Under the pieces are notes generated by a model that was not told where the DNA came from, made no database searches, and saw only the letters and a list, made by a program, of their open reading frames with translations. Below, in pieces: positions 46,367 to 56,506 of a stretch of 64,000 nt of DNA (its first letter is position 1; the number at the start of each line of letters is the position of its first letter). Source of the stretch: a virus; IMG/VR virus record IMGVR_UViG_3300033155_001835, positions 2,603 to 66,602 of that record; one strand, given 5' to 3'. A program made the position numbers and the translations under genes.

Positions 46367-48013
46367 GTGGCTGAAAAAGGTAGATCGACCCAGAGCTTAG
46401 CTAATACTTTTCCTCCATGGTCTAACGTCCGTGCAGATGAGCAGAGCCTTGGCTTTCAGTTGTTGAATGCAGCTGGTAAGCACATGGATGATCTGCACAA
46501 ACAGCGTTCTCATATTGAGGACAATCTTTATCTGACCACCTCTATCATTTCGGATATTGATGTCTACTATCGTTACAAACTACCTGGCACTTGGGACTTC
46601 AGTAAAGAGGATGATGATGATACCGAATTCACCTTCACCCCTCCTGTTGTTAGTGGTTACTATGACACCACAGCTGTTAGGGTCGAGGTCGCAGACGATA
46701 ATGATATCGAATCCTTCTGGTACAACCTCCAGCCGAATCGTCTTTCTCTTAACACCACTGCAAGTGGAGAGCATGTATTAGCTAGTGGTCATTTTGGTGA
46801 AGTCAGATTTAAGCTACCTGCTGACACATCAGATATCTCTGGTGTTCTGTACGCGCCTAACCAACTCACTATCACTGTAGATAACGGTACTGACTTTGTA
46901 GGTTTAGATGATCACAATAACGTACGTAGAATGCTAATTCAGGTGGAAGGTGAAACGAGAGAAGGTGCCGCAGTAACAGAAGAAATAGCTTTTGTACATA
47001 ATGAAACTATACAGACAGACCATGATTTTAGGTCAATCAGTGATTACGGTTTGAGAGCTTTTGGGGCTAATGAACCAGTAAGTACCTCTATTATTTTTAA
47101 GTCTGCCAACTTCAATGCTGAAGACTATCAAATCAATTACGAACTAGACTCTACAATTTATGATGACGATATGCCTCTATTTTGGGCTCTAGGTTCTGGC
47201 GTCACCTCAAGTACACCTACGCTAGATTTGAACAAGTACGATATTGATGACTTAGAATTACGTATGGAAGGCTTCACAACGAAGCATTCAATTCTGCAAC
47301 AGGAGTTGCAGAGTACTGTTGGTGACAGTATCACACCCCTGGACCTTGCGGTTGAACCACACTCTGACAGAATTTGGGTTGTAACTTCTGGTATGTTGTA
47401 TGTGTATAATGCGCGTATGCCTTATCCTGATACTAGTCAACTTTCTGATAAGGATTATAGTGCAGCATCAGTGATTGAACCTAATACGTACTATGTTGTT
47501 ATAAACGAAGAAGTAGAATTGAACTATGTATGGCGTAGGCCTACTACAGGTATGGTTGCTCACAGAGCATGGGTAGTTAAGCCTGATGGAACTCAAAAGA
47601 GTCTAGAAGAGGGCTCTGAAGTTGTCTATCACACAGACAGATCTTCCTGGGTCTTTGATGAGCCAGTAAAGCGTATAATGCGCGCCACTGAATTCTACAC
47701 ACTAGACCAGTATGGCGATTGGGTATTTTATTTAGAAACTACTTACACAGATGAAACTACCTCTATCGATAAGCGCATTGTTTCTGTTTTGTCTCAACAA
47801 GCACTAGCTGAATACAACCTTACTACTCTCGGACTAACCACTTCTGTTATGGGTGTAGATTTTGATAGTGAAGATAAACTTTGGGTGTTAGATACTGATG
47901 GATTTAAACACCAACTAGATAGACATTGGGACCGTATGTTAGTAGATTTTAACAAAAAAATTCTCTATTTCCATGAGAATTATGACAAGGTCCGTATATT
48001 TGGAGGAGACTAA
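46367..48013 (+). CDS. Baseplate wedge-associated structural protein
   Basis: Follows J; acidic and beta-rich; N-terminal FPPWS..LLNAAG. Confidence 0.55.
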   Translation: MAEKGRSTQSLANTFPPWSNVRADEQSLGFQLLNAAGKHMDDLHKQRSHIEDNLYLTTSIISDIDVYYRYKLPGTWDFSKEDDDDTEFTFTPPVVSGYYDTTAVRVEVADDNDIESFWYNLQPNRLSLNTTASGEHVLASGHFGEVRFKLPADTSDISGVLYAPNQLTITVDNGTDFVGLDDHNNVRRMLIQVEGETREGAAVTEEIAFVHNETIQTDHDFRSISDYGLRAFGANEPVSTSIIFKSANFNAEDYQINYELDSTIYDDDMPLFWALGSGVTSSTPTLDLNKYDIDDLELRMEGFTTKHSILQQELQSTVGDSITPLDLAVEPHSDRIWVVTSGMLYVYNARMPYPDTSQLSDKDYSAASVIEPNTYYVVINEEVELNYVWRRPTTGMVAHRAWVVKPDGTQKSLEEGSEVVYHTDRSSWVFDEPVKRIMRATEFYTLDQYGDWVFYLETTYTDETTSIDKRIVSVLSQQALAEYNLTTLGLTTSVMGVDFDSEDKLWVLDTDGFKHQLDRHWDRMLVDFNKKILYFHENYDKVRIFGGD

Positions 48014-48783
48014 TGAGCCAGACTTGGAACTATTTGCAACCAACTGCGCCTACAGGATTTAGCCAATCTGATATAAAGGCTTGCTACCAGTTCGACGGGC
48101 CTACGTTAGGGTTAACAGACCGGACGGCTAACGGGCACGATCTGATTGACGTTAGTCCAACAACTGGTTTAGCATGGGTTGCCATGCAGGCGGCACTCGG
48201 ATGCAATGGTCGCTTCCATGCTTGGGATGCTAATTTCATGTACACGGCAGAAGACGTTGCTTTGATGACGTTGGGTGCGTGTACAGGAGAGTTAGTGTGG
48301 ATGCCTTGCGGTAGTGGTTCTCTAGCGCAGCCAACTAACGGAATGCTGACTATCACATCTTACCCCGCAGATGTTGGATCTGTTGGTAACACTACGTTCA
48401 GTTTTGGCCGAACTGACCAAAGGAACCTAGCAGAACGTGGGATGCTGTTTATCGGTTATGACTCAGGACTTGGAGTGTGGACGGAGGTGTTTTCGCCTAA
48501 TGGTGTCTGTCCAGGTATTCATGGGCAGATGACTTATACTGCGATAACCCGTGCTGCTGATGGTAAGACTTATAAGATTTATCATGATGGTGTGCATGTA
48601 GACACAATTGCCGCTCCTGCTGCACCCGATGGTGGCACAGACTCGGCTTTAATCATAGGCGCGATAGATACTACTGCTAATGAATACGGGCGTGGTGTCA
48701 TCTGGCAATCAGTGAGGTGGAGTCACGGAGAAATGACTGAAGGTCAGATTGATGAAACGTACCTCCAACTGAGGACCGCCTAA
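48013..48783 (+). CDS. LamG/concanavalin-like domain protein 1
   Basis: YQFDG..DRTANGHDL, TRAADGKTYKIYHDG, LIIGA. Confidence 0.7.
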   Translation: MSQTWNYLQPTAPTGFSQSDIKACYQFDGPTLGLTDRTANGHDLIDVSPTTGLAWVAMQAALGCNGRFHAWDANFMYTAEDVALMTLGACTGELVWMPCGSGSLAQPTNGMLTITSYPADVGSVGNTTFSFGRTDQRNLAERGMLFIGYDSGLGVWTEVFSPNGVCPGIHGQMTYTAITRAADGKTYKIYHDGVHVDTIAAPAAPDGGTDSALIIGAIDTTANEYGRGVIWQSVRWSHGEMTEGQIDETYLQLRTA

Positions 48784-49550
48784 TGGCCTTCAACTTTCTG
48801 GACGACGTGTTACCTGTGGGTGCAAGTAATCTAAAGCTGTTGTATAACTTTGATGGTTCGCTTGAAGCTTACCCACCAACGCAACCAGCAAATACCTTGC
48901 AAGACCTAAGTGGAAACACAGTCAACCTAACACTGAATAACTATGGTTATCCAGTGTACATCGAGCCGTTTTCAGTGACAGCGCAGGGTGAGTCTGTGCT
49001 AATGTCGCTGCACAATCGCTACCTGCATTCCGTTACCACACACTCCGGGGTTTTTAACACACTCGGCGAGATCACTGTTGAGTGGATCGGATATTCTCAT
49101 GTGTGCGATATAGACTATGAGCGTTGGCTTTGTTGCCTCGGCGACTATAGTAGTTCCGTTGAGGCTGAGAATTGTGTGTTCGGATTGTTCATGCATGATA
49201 CGAATAGTGCCGATCTCGCTGGGCTCAACGCATTCCACGAATACGGTGCTGGTCTAAACGAGATCATCCCGTTTGATTGGGTTATACCGCCTGTAATGCA
49301 TTATGGGTGTGTGACTCGCGCCGCTGACGGTAAAACTTATAAGCTGTATATGGATGGTATCCATCTTCAGACATCGGTTGCCGTCAATGCTCCAACGGGT
49401 GGAACAGGCTCTGTCACTCTATGGGTGCAAGCTGGTGGTACTACTAAGGGGTATGCTAAGCTAGCTCTCAACTCCTTTCGTTGCTGTCATGATGAATTTG
49501 ACGCCGCTCAAGTTGCGGAGAGTTATGCAAGGGTCTTGGTGGCGGCATGA
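48783..49550 (+). CDS. LamG/concanavalin-like domain protein 2
   Basis: YNFDG..DLSGN, ITVEW, TRAADGKTYKLYMDG. Confidence 0.7.
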   Translation: MAFNFLDDVLPVGASNLKLLYNFDGSLEAYPPTQPANTLQDLSGNTVNLTLNNYGYPVYIEPFSVTAQGESVLMSLHNRYLHSVTTHSGVFNTLGEITVEWIGYSHVCDIDYERWLCCLGDYSSSVEAENCVFGLFMHDTNSADLAGLNAFHEYGAGLNEIIPFDWVIPPVMHYGCVTRAADGKTYKLYMDGIHLQTSVAVNAPTGGTGSVTLWVQAGGTTKGYAKLALNSFRCCHDEFDAAQVAESYARVLVAA

Positions 49551-51559
49551 CAATCACTAAAGACTATTGTAGATGGGCGTATATTGACTTGCTGCCAGCA
49601 GGCGCAGATTCTGATCTAGTTGAATGTCATTACAAGTTTGATGGGCCAACAAATGGACTAACAGATTTATCAGGTAAGGGCCACCACCTGACTGAATACA
49701 ACGGTGAAGCAGAGGTATGGGTTAACACTGAAAGGTCGCTGGGTGTTGGTGGTCTTCAGATTCATCGGTACAGCGATTTTAGGGGGCCAACTGGGCTTTA
49801 CCCTTCAACGTTGGGTGCCTGTACTTTTGAAGCCATTATCACGCAACAAGAAATGAGTGGGTATAATGAGGTGTTGTTTGTTGTTAGCGGCGTACCTGGT
49901 ACTACAGAGATTGAGAATTTTTGTCTGAAGGTCTACTTTTGGACGGGTTATGGTTATTTAAGAATTGGGCACGAATCCGGCAACGGTAGTGACAAGATTG
50001 TTAATTTTCTTACGTTCCTACCCACTCTTGGGCTAACAACACATATCGCTGTCACACGCGCTGCTGATGGTGTAACAACTAAGTTGTACATCAATGGTCA
50101 GTACATTAATACGGAAACCAACTCGCTTGCCCCGACAGGTAGCAGCTCGGCTAATGTCACCATTCGCGTCGGTGATACTGATTACACCAGAGCTATGTAT
50201 GGCATTGTCCATTCTCTTCGTTGGACACATGAGGAGTGGTCTGCTGCCCAGATCTTGGAGTCGTATGAAGCGACTCGTGTCGAGCCGTGCAGTGATGTAC
50301 CGCCAGTTTTCACACCTACTCCTGCTGATACGGCTACAGATATTGCTGTAGATACAAATCTAACAGTTGATGTCACGTCTATTCAAGGAGTTGATGATAG
50401 TACTGTAGAATTTACTGTTGGTGCGACTACTGTTTGGACAGGTGATGCAGCTACGAATAGCTGGACGGGTGTTAAATCTGTTATCGCTGATGGTTTTAAT
50501 TATGTATTAACCCCTCCTGAACCATTTGTAAATGATGAAGTAGTCAGCTGGGGTGCTTATGCAGAAGATCCAACTGGCAACAGTGCTCTTGGACTTTGGT
50601 CATTTACGATAGTTTCTGCTGTTACATTAGAGGTTAGCTATCAAGTAAATGTAGATCCAATACATCTTGTTGGTTTCCCAGAACCACGTAACGTATGGAA
50701 TCAGTTTGATGAACATGGAGCTACGGTAGCTCTCAAAAGAAATACTGGTGAAACTAACTGGTCTTACAGAAGGCGTATTCTAGATACTTTTATACATATA
50801 GCTAATTGCAGTTACCAGGGTTTAGTACATGGCATCACTAGAGAGACGAGCCTATCTCTTAGTATGCCTATTGTTATTAACCCAAAGGTTAGTCTAGTAA
50901 CCACTGGTTTCTTTGCTTCTGACCCTTATGTAAAGATTGACGGTGCCTGGATCTACCTTTATTCTGACTATACTAACGGTGTGTTGGACCACAAAATTGA
51001 TCGCTTTATTGCTGGAGATAACTACGAGCACCTTACTCGTCTTGTAGATTTCATTAACACAACTACATACTTTGAGGCTTCTCTGGTAGCTACTGCTGAT
51101 CCATACATGTCTTCTATGTGTTTGTTAAACCAATCCAATAGACAGGAAGTGAAGAGTGAAGAAATAGCGGTATCTACTAGGTTCAAGTTGGACAACACAA
51201 AGCTAGTGAACGGCTCTCTTATTTTCTCGGACTACGATACGTTTGCTATTGAACAAACAACAGAAGCAAGCGTAAACGCAACAGGTAAATACTGGATAGA
51301 TTATCCAAAAGGTATAGTAAGAACATATCGTCCACCTCAGTCTGGTAGTGCTATTGGATATCATTACACAGCCTATCCATTTAAACCTATTGCTAGTCCT
51401 GTTGTTTTACACGACATCAACAGTGAGGCATTTAGAGTGAAAATGTTTGAACAGGTATTGTTGGACGATGGGACTTACACACATGGTATTCCCACTGAGT
51501 TAGGTACTGATATTATTAACGAACTTCTATCGGTAAGACCGATGTATTGGGGTGTATAA
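49547..51559 (+). CDS. LamG + Ig-like + baseplate-associated domain protein
   Basis: Third LamG copy (HIAVTRAADGVTTKLYING), Ig-like linker, C-terminal domain paralogous to the next gene. Confidence 0.7.
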   Translation: MTITKDYCRWAYIDLLPAGADSDLVECHYKFDGPTNGLTDLSGKGHHLTEYNGEAEVWVNTERSLGVGGLQIHRYSDFRGPTGLYPSTLGACTFEAIITQQEMSGYNEVLFVVSGVPGTTEIENFCLKVYFWTGYGYLRIGHESGNGSDKIVNFLTFLPTLGLTTHIAVTRAADGVTTKLYINGQYINTETNSLAPTGSSSANVTIRVGDTDYTRAMYGIVHSLRWTHEEWSAAQILESYEATRVEPCSDVPPVFTPTPADTATDIAVDTNLTVDVTSIQGVDDSTVEFTVGATTVWTGDAATNSWTGVKSVIADGFNYVLTPPEPFVNDEVVSWGAYAEDPTGNSALGLWSFTIVSAVTLEVSYQVNVDPIHLVGFPEPRNVWNQFDEHGATVALKRNTGETNWSYRRRILDTFIHIANCSYQGLVHGITRETSLSLSMPIVINPKVSLVTTGFFASDPYVKIDGAWIYLYSDYTNGVLDHKIDRFIAGDNYEHLTRLVDFINTTTYFEASLVATADPYMSSMCLLNQSNRQEVKSEEIAVSTRFKLDNTKLVNGSLIFSDYDTFAIEQTTEASVNATGKYWIDYPKGIVRTYRPPQSGSAIGYHYTAYPFKPIASPVVLHDINSEAFRVKMFEQVLLDDGTYTHGIPTELGTDIINELLSVRPMYWGV

Positions 51560-51562
51560 CTA

Positions 51563-52501
51563 GTGGCTGAAAGTACTGCTGGATATCAAGTCAATATCTC
51601 TTTTACCCAAGAGGTTGGAACACCTGATCTGATACATCGTTTAAACCAGTTTGATGAGCACGGTTCCATACTTAGTCTTGATAGATTAAGAGGAGAGAAG
51701 AACTGGCAGTACAAGAGACGCATTCTGGATACCTTTGTTCATATGGCCAACTGTAGTTATCAGGGTTTGATGTATGGCATCACACGTGAGTTAGGATTGT
51801 CACTCTTCAACGCAATAGAGATCAGTCCAGTGCTAGATGTAGACGGTCAATACATTACTGCTGATCCTTACATCAAGTTTGACGGCGCTTACCTTCTTCT
51901 TTATTCCGACTTCACTAATGACGCACTAGACTGGGCCGTTGATAGATATCAATCTGGTGGTAACTATGAACACATTGGTGCGCTTGTTGATATGGTTAAC
52001 TCTACTTCAAGGTTCCAAGCTACTCTACGTGCAGGTATTGATCCTTACACACGTTCAATGTCTATCCTTAATCAGTCTAACCGAGAGATAGTAAGGCTGG
52101 AGTTCTTGCCTGAGAGCACTCGTTTCAAGCTAAAGAATGATCGGCTAGTCGAGGGAAGTGTTTTCTTTGCTAACAAAAAGACCTTCAAGACTGAGGTTAC
52201 AACTACTGCTAACATATCTACAAGAGGCGAATATCATGTAGACTATTCAAAAGGTATAGTGACAGTGTATACTACTCCTAATCCTCAGGAGTCTGTAAGG
52301 TATCAATATAGTAAGGTTCCTTTGGTTGCTACAGCCAGTCCTGTAATTTTGAATGATATCAATAACGAAACCTTTAGGGTAAAGATGTTCGAACAATTTC
52401 TACAAGACAATGGTAATGAAGCTCATGGATTACCAACTGAACTTGGTGTAGATATCATCAATGAACTTATGAGTGTAAATCCTATGTACTGGGGAGTGTA
52501 A
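51563..52501 (+). CDS. Baseplate-associated protein, paralog of the preceding C-terminal domain
   Basis: Shares NQFDEHG..GE.NW.Y.RRILDTF.H.ANCSYQGL..PMYWGV with the 670-aa protein. Confidence 0.75.
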   Translation: MAESTAGYQVNISFTQEVGTPDLIHRLNQFDEHGSILSLDRLRGEKNWQYKRRILDTFVHMANCSYQGLMYGITRELGLSLFNAIEISPVLDVDGQYITADPYIKFDGAYLLLYSDFTNDALDWAVDRYQSGGNYEHIGALVDMVNSTSRFQATLRAGIDPYTRSMSILNQSNREIVRLEFLPESTRFKLKNDRLVEGSVFFANKKTFKTEVTTTANISTRGEYHVDYSKGIVTVYTTPNPQESVRYQYSKVPLVATASPVILNDINNETFRVKMFEQFLQDNGNEAHGLPTELGVDIINELMSVNPMYWGV

Positions 52502-52504
52502 GTA

Positions 52505-55500
52505 ATGACTGTCACAGGCATCAGATATCTCTGCGATGGCGCAGGCTGGGGTTACTCCGTTTGTTCCAATGGTCGTTATATTGTTGTTTGTTCCAACGCC
52601 CCTCGTTTAGCGATCTGGGTGTGGCGAAGGAATGATGCGGGAATTCCACAACTCCTCTTGCAGACATATACTCCAGTCACCCCCTCAGTCGAGGCTTACA
52701 TTACTACGTGCGCTTGCTGGTACAATGAAGTCGAAGCCCGACTTGAGATTGCTCTCGGTACGCCTGGTGATTCAAACCCTACGCGAAAGTGTGGATCGGT
52801 TCTTTTCATGGATTGGCCTGACTCTGGCACCGTTGCTGGAGATATGAACGAGCTAGGTTTGGTATCGGCGGATCTGGTTGACCAATTTGACCCACAAGGC
52901 ATCGGCCAAGGCGTGGCCATGTGCAACGGACGCTGCATTGCTCTCGGATTAAGTGCCGGCAAAAGTGCATTATTTATTTCTAGGACAGGTGATGTCTGGT
53001 CAGTAGACAAGTTGGACACTACCACTTATGACAGGTGGTGGAATTTTGACTCACCTGGGGTTGAGCTTACTCAACATCCAACGGAGCCAGGCTCTGTAGT
53101 CGGTGTTATCAGCTGTGCCTATTACGGCACCTATGGTGCACATTTTGTGGTCAAAAGCACGGGGCCTGGCGATACCTGGAGCGATCTGGCGCGTTTGGAT
53201 GGCAACGAGGGGGGCGGAACGTGGTACACGGGTAGAACAGGCTGTATTGGTCCCGGCGCAAACGGTAACCTAACGGTTGTCGGTGAGTGGCGGCAAAACC
53301 CCGAGGGTTTTGCCATCTGGAATCGTGACCCAGCCGACCCAACCGATATGACCTGGATTTATGAAGGCGCGGTGAAGTGCAACAATCGCCAGCTTCCCTA
53401 TGGGTTGGTAGTTGGCTACAACTTTATCGCTGGCGGCGAGAACTACACCTACTTAGGCGTGGGGCGTGTAGGGCCAATCAACGCTACTGTGTTCGATGGC
53501 CCAGTGCCTGGCGCATGGGCTATTAACGAATTTGCAGAGTTTTACACTGCTGGCCCTGGGTATCATGTCAATGAGGACTCCATTCTCCACCCGAATGGTA
53601 TGGCGATCTCGTACCAGGAAGGTGGGATCGTCCGTGTGATCGCGGGTTGCTACAATTTCAATCCGACGTACCCTGCGGGTACCGTAACAGGTGGATTCAC
53701 TGAATACAATGGTGATGATGACTGGCCTTCTCCTCCTACAACACCTCCTGTTGCAGTGCCAACACCTGTTGATGGTGCTACAGATGTTTCTGTTGAAGCA
53801 TCTTTAATAGTTGATCTTACAGATGAAGAATCAGACATTGATGCATCTACTGTGATCATTACTGTAGATGGTACTATAGTTTGGACTAATGATGCTGAAG
53901 CTAACGGTTGGACAGGTGTCAAGTCTGTCATTGCTACTGGTTATAGTTATCTTCTTACACCGCCTATTTTCTTCTCAGGTGAGTCAACAATCGTTTGGTC
54001 TGTATATGCAGAAGATGGTGACAGTAACTCCCTAAGTGATTCTTGGACTTTTGTGACAGCAATACGAAGCCTTGCTATTCTAGGGTATCAAATGGAGGTT
54101 GGTCCTGTGATTGGATCTGGAGTCTTAACATACACAGCTCCTGTTAATTCAGCTCGCGCTGAAGCAGGAGAAGAAGCATATCCAACAGCAATTGGATCAT
54201 TCTCTGCATATACAACAACTATCCATCCTGCTACTCAAGAGCTTATCAAGGGTTGGCAATGGGATAAGCGTACCTGGTCCGATGACGATAACGACAATGT
54301 TGTCATGACAGTGCCTGCGAACTATGATCCAAGTATATCTGGCATAACCCAAACCTATTTCCAATCTGGTATTGGTAGCAATAGAGATCTTGAGTTGATG
54401 GATATAGACTCGCTTCCTTCTTCTGGGATTAACGAAACAAACATCTTCCATGTATGGGCACCAGAGATTAACCACGGTTACTACTACGACTATGAAGAGG
54501 AAGGTTATCTTTTTAGTGATGACTCTGAAATTGAAAACATTTCTTACAGTGGTGTTGCAACAGGTATTGGTTATGATGTAACTAGCGGCTTTAATACAGT
54601 TACTCTTTCTAGTCAACTTAAGGTTGGCGTACCTGTGCATGTTACTCAGTACACATGGAACAGCGAAGAGGGTAAGTATGACTATGCCCTTCAACTAAGA
54701 AAGCGTGTAGAGTTTAGTGGTACAAGAGATGTCGATCTTGCTCGTCAAGATACTTACGACACTACAGCTAACAGAATTTCTTGGGACTTAATCGACCGTG
54801 ATGAACAAGAGTTTATGATTACTCGTAGTGGTGAGACACCACAAATTCTTCTGAACAATCAGTATGTTGAACAAGTAGGCGACGGACCAGAGGCTAGTGG
54901 GCTTGAGTTTGTTGATTGGTCAACAGGTGAAGCTGGTCAACAATTCCATACTGTATTTGCTCCTATCGACGATACGATGGGTGCAGAAGTTTGGTCTTAC
55001 GCCACTGTCGGTTCTGGACAGCAATGGGAATGTATTGATGCTAGTCTCACTCCTTCTGGCTATCAAGTTAAGATTGATTATGATCTTGGTATTGTTGAGT
55101 TCGGAGACCCAAGTATCTCAGGTCAGTACGCCCCACCTGCTGGTGAAACAATAGGAGCCCGCTACTGGAAGACATTGCGTGTCGAATATGAGCCAGAGCA
55201 ATCGTGTGATACTGTAATCGCATCTGAAGCTAGTGTTAATCCAATCTACCGTCAGAGCGCGCGTGGTTTTGTCTATCTTAGTACTCGTCTAGCAGATCCT
55301 GTATCTATTGAACTAGCTGCTAATTTGACAAGGATTCAAACCAACATCTATGGTCCTTTGTATATTGGTAATACTTATGCTCCTATTATAGCTACTGTAA
55401 AAGATTCTAAAGGATTAGAGCTTGAAGGACAAACTGTTACTTTCTTTATCACCAGTTCTCCTGAAGCAGGTTCTTTTGGTGGGACCAATATATCCACTAC

Positions 55501-56494
55501 AGCTGTTACAGATTCTGAAGGAGAATCAAAGGCTTACTACAACCCACCACGTGGAGTAAGTGACATTGGAACCTATGTTGAAGCAGATGGCTGGACAGCT
55601 GAGGATAACCCAATAGATCCAACTTACTCTGGTCTTGGACAGATCACCACATTGCGTACTAACGGTCTTTTGATTGAGGGTGGCATCAACGATATTTTCT
55701 TGTATCAAATACATGTAGATGATCCACTGCAAGGTTATTTTGATCCTACACTGAGTGATAACTTTGAGACACAGGTCTCTGGTTACTATACTCAGTTCTT
55801 CCAGGAGGAAGGTATCTATGGCTACACAGGTATGGATCCAACTTCTTCTGGCGCTCTAAGTAATTCTGTAGATTGGGAAGATAATCGTCGTCTCTTGTGG
55901 GACTTGTCGAGACCTAGTATTTTCACTGCTAGTGCAGGGTCTGGTCGTAAGCAGCTAGTTTCTGCTTATGATGCTACAATGTTGAATCCTCATACGTTCC
56001 AAGAAGGAGCGGTAGGTCCTATTCAACCAGTGAATGTGAGTAGCGTTAGTGCAACAGAATATGATGTAGTGTTCGATACTACAGCAGTAAGTATTCCGCA
56101 GCCAACAGCTAGTCAAGATACAACACCAAGCGGCACCCTTCATTCCTATTTCTTGGTTGCTCCTACTACAGTAAGTATGCAGGCCCAGGTCTTTAACCAA
56201 CGTCTAAATAGGAATATACTAAGCAATGAGATCTCAGTGAAATTGAGTATTCCTTCATATATGAATGGCCTATGGATTTTAGATGCTATCAACCAAAGCC
56301 ATATTGATGAGGTTTCAGATCTTTTAGCTAGCGGTATTACGGCTAGTGGACAAAGAGTTCCTCTAGGTTTTAGACTGAGATCTTCTAGAGTGACTCTTGC
56401 AGCAGCACTAGACGGTGTTACATTCCTGGATGTGAATGAACCAACAAGTTCAGGGTTAGGATATCAGGTACAAGTAGGACATATTTTCAGTTAG
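52505..56494 (+). CDS. Large virion appendage protein (variable N-terminal beta domain, Ig-like linker, acidic core)
   Basis: 1329 aa; Trp/Cys/Gly-rich N-terminus; Ig-like linker; IDYDLGIVEFG; Big-1-like ATVKDSKG..GQTVTF..TDSEG. Confidence 0.7.
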   Translation: MTVTGIRYLCDGAGWGYSVCSNGRYIVVCSNAPRLAIWVWRRNDAGIPQLLLQTYTPVTPSVEAYITTCACWYNEVEARLEIALGTPGDSNPTRKCGSVLFMDWPDSGTVAGDMNELGLVSADLVDQFDPQGIGQGVAMCNGRCIALGLSAGKSALFISRTGDVWSVDKLDTTTYDRWWNFDSPGVELTQHPTEPGSVVGVISCAYYGTYGAHFVVKSTGPGDTWSDLARLDGNEGGGTWYTGRTGCIGPGANGNLTVVGEWRQNPEGFAIWNRDPADPTDMTWIYEGAVKCNNRQLPYGLVVGYNFIAGGENYTYLGVGRVGPINATVFDGPVPGAWAINEFAEFYTAGPGYHVNEDSILHPNGMAISYQEGGIVRVIAGCYNFNPTYPAGTVTGGFTEYNGDDDWPSPPTTPPVAVPTPVDGATDVSVEASLIVDLTDEESDIDASTVIITVDGTIVWTNDAEANGWTGVKSVIATGYSYLLTPPIFFSGESTIVWSVYAEDGDSNSLSDSWTFVTAIRSLAILGYQMEVGPVIGSGVLTYTAPVNSARAEAGEEAYPTAIGSFSAYTTTIHPATQELIKGWQWDKRTWSDDDNDNVVMTVPANYDPSISGITQTYFQSGIGSNRDLELMDIDSLPSSGINETNIFHVWAPEINHGYYYDYEEEGYLFSDDSEIENISYSGVATGIGYDVTSGFNTVTLSSQLKVGVPVHVTQYTWNSEEGKYDYALQLRKRVEFSGTRDVDLARQDTYDTTANRISWDLIDRDEQEFMITRSGETPQILLNNQYVEQVGDGPEASGLEFVDWSTGEAGQQFHTVFAPIDDTMGAEVWSYATVGSGQQWECIDASLTPSGYQVKIDYDLGIVEFGDPSISGQYAPPAGETIGARYWKTLRVEYEPEQSCDTVIASEASVNPIYRQSARGFVYLSTRLADPVSIELAANLTRIQTNIYGPLYIGNTYAPIIATVKDSKGLELEGQTVTFFITSSPEAGSFGGTNISTTAVTDSEGESKAYYNPPRGVSDIGTYVEADGWTAEDNPIDPTYSGLGQITTLRTNGLLIEGGINDIFLYQIHVDDPLQGYFDPTLSDNFETQVSGYYTQFFQEEGIYGYTGMDPTSSGALSNSVDWEDNRRLLWDLSRPSIFTASAGSGRKQLVSAYDATMLNPHTFQEGAVGPIQPVNVSSVSATEYDVVFDTTAVSIPQPTASQDTTPSGTLHSYFLVAPTTVSMQAQVFNQRLNRNILSNEISVKLSIPSYMNGLWILDAINQSHIDEVSDLLASGITASGQRVPLGFRLRSSRVTLAAALDGVTFLDVNEPTSSGLGYQVQVGHIFS

Positions 56495-56506
56495 AGGTGA
56501 CTACCA

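Noticed and set aside
48013-52501. Diversity-generating retroelement TR/VR pair among the repeated domains
   Set aside because: Differences are not adenine-specific, both copies are coding, and no reverse transcriptase is in the window.
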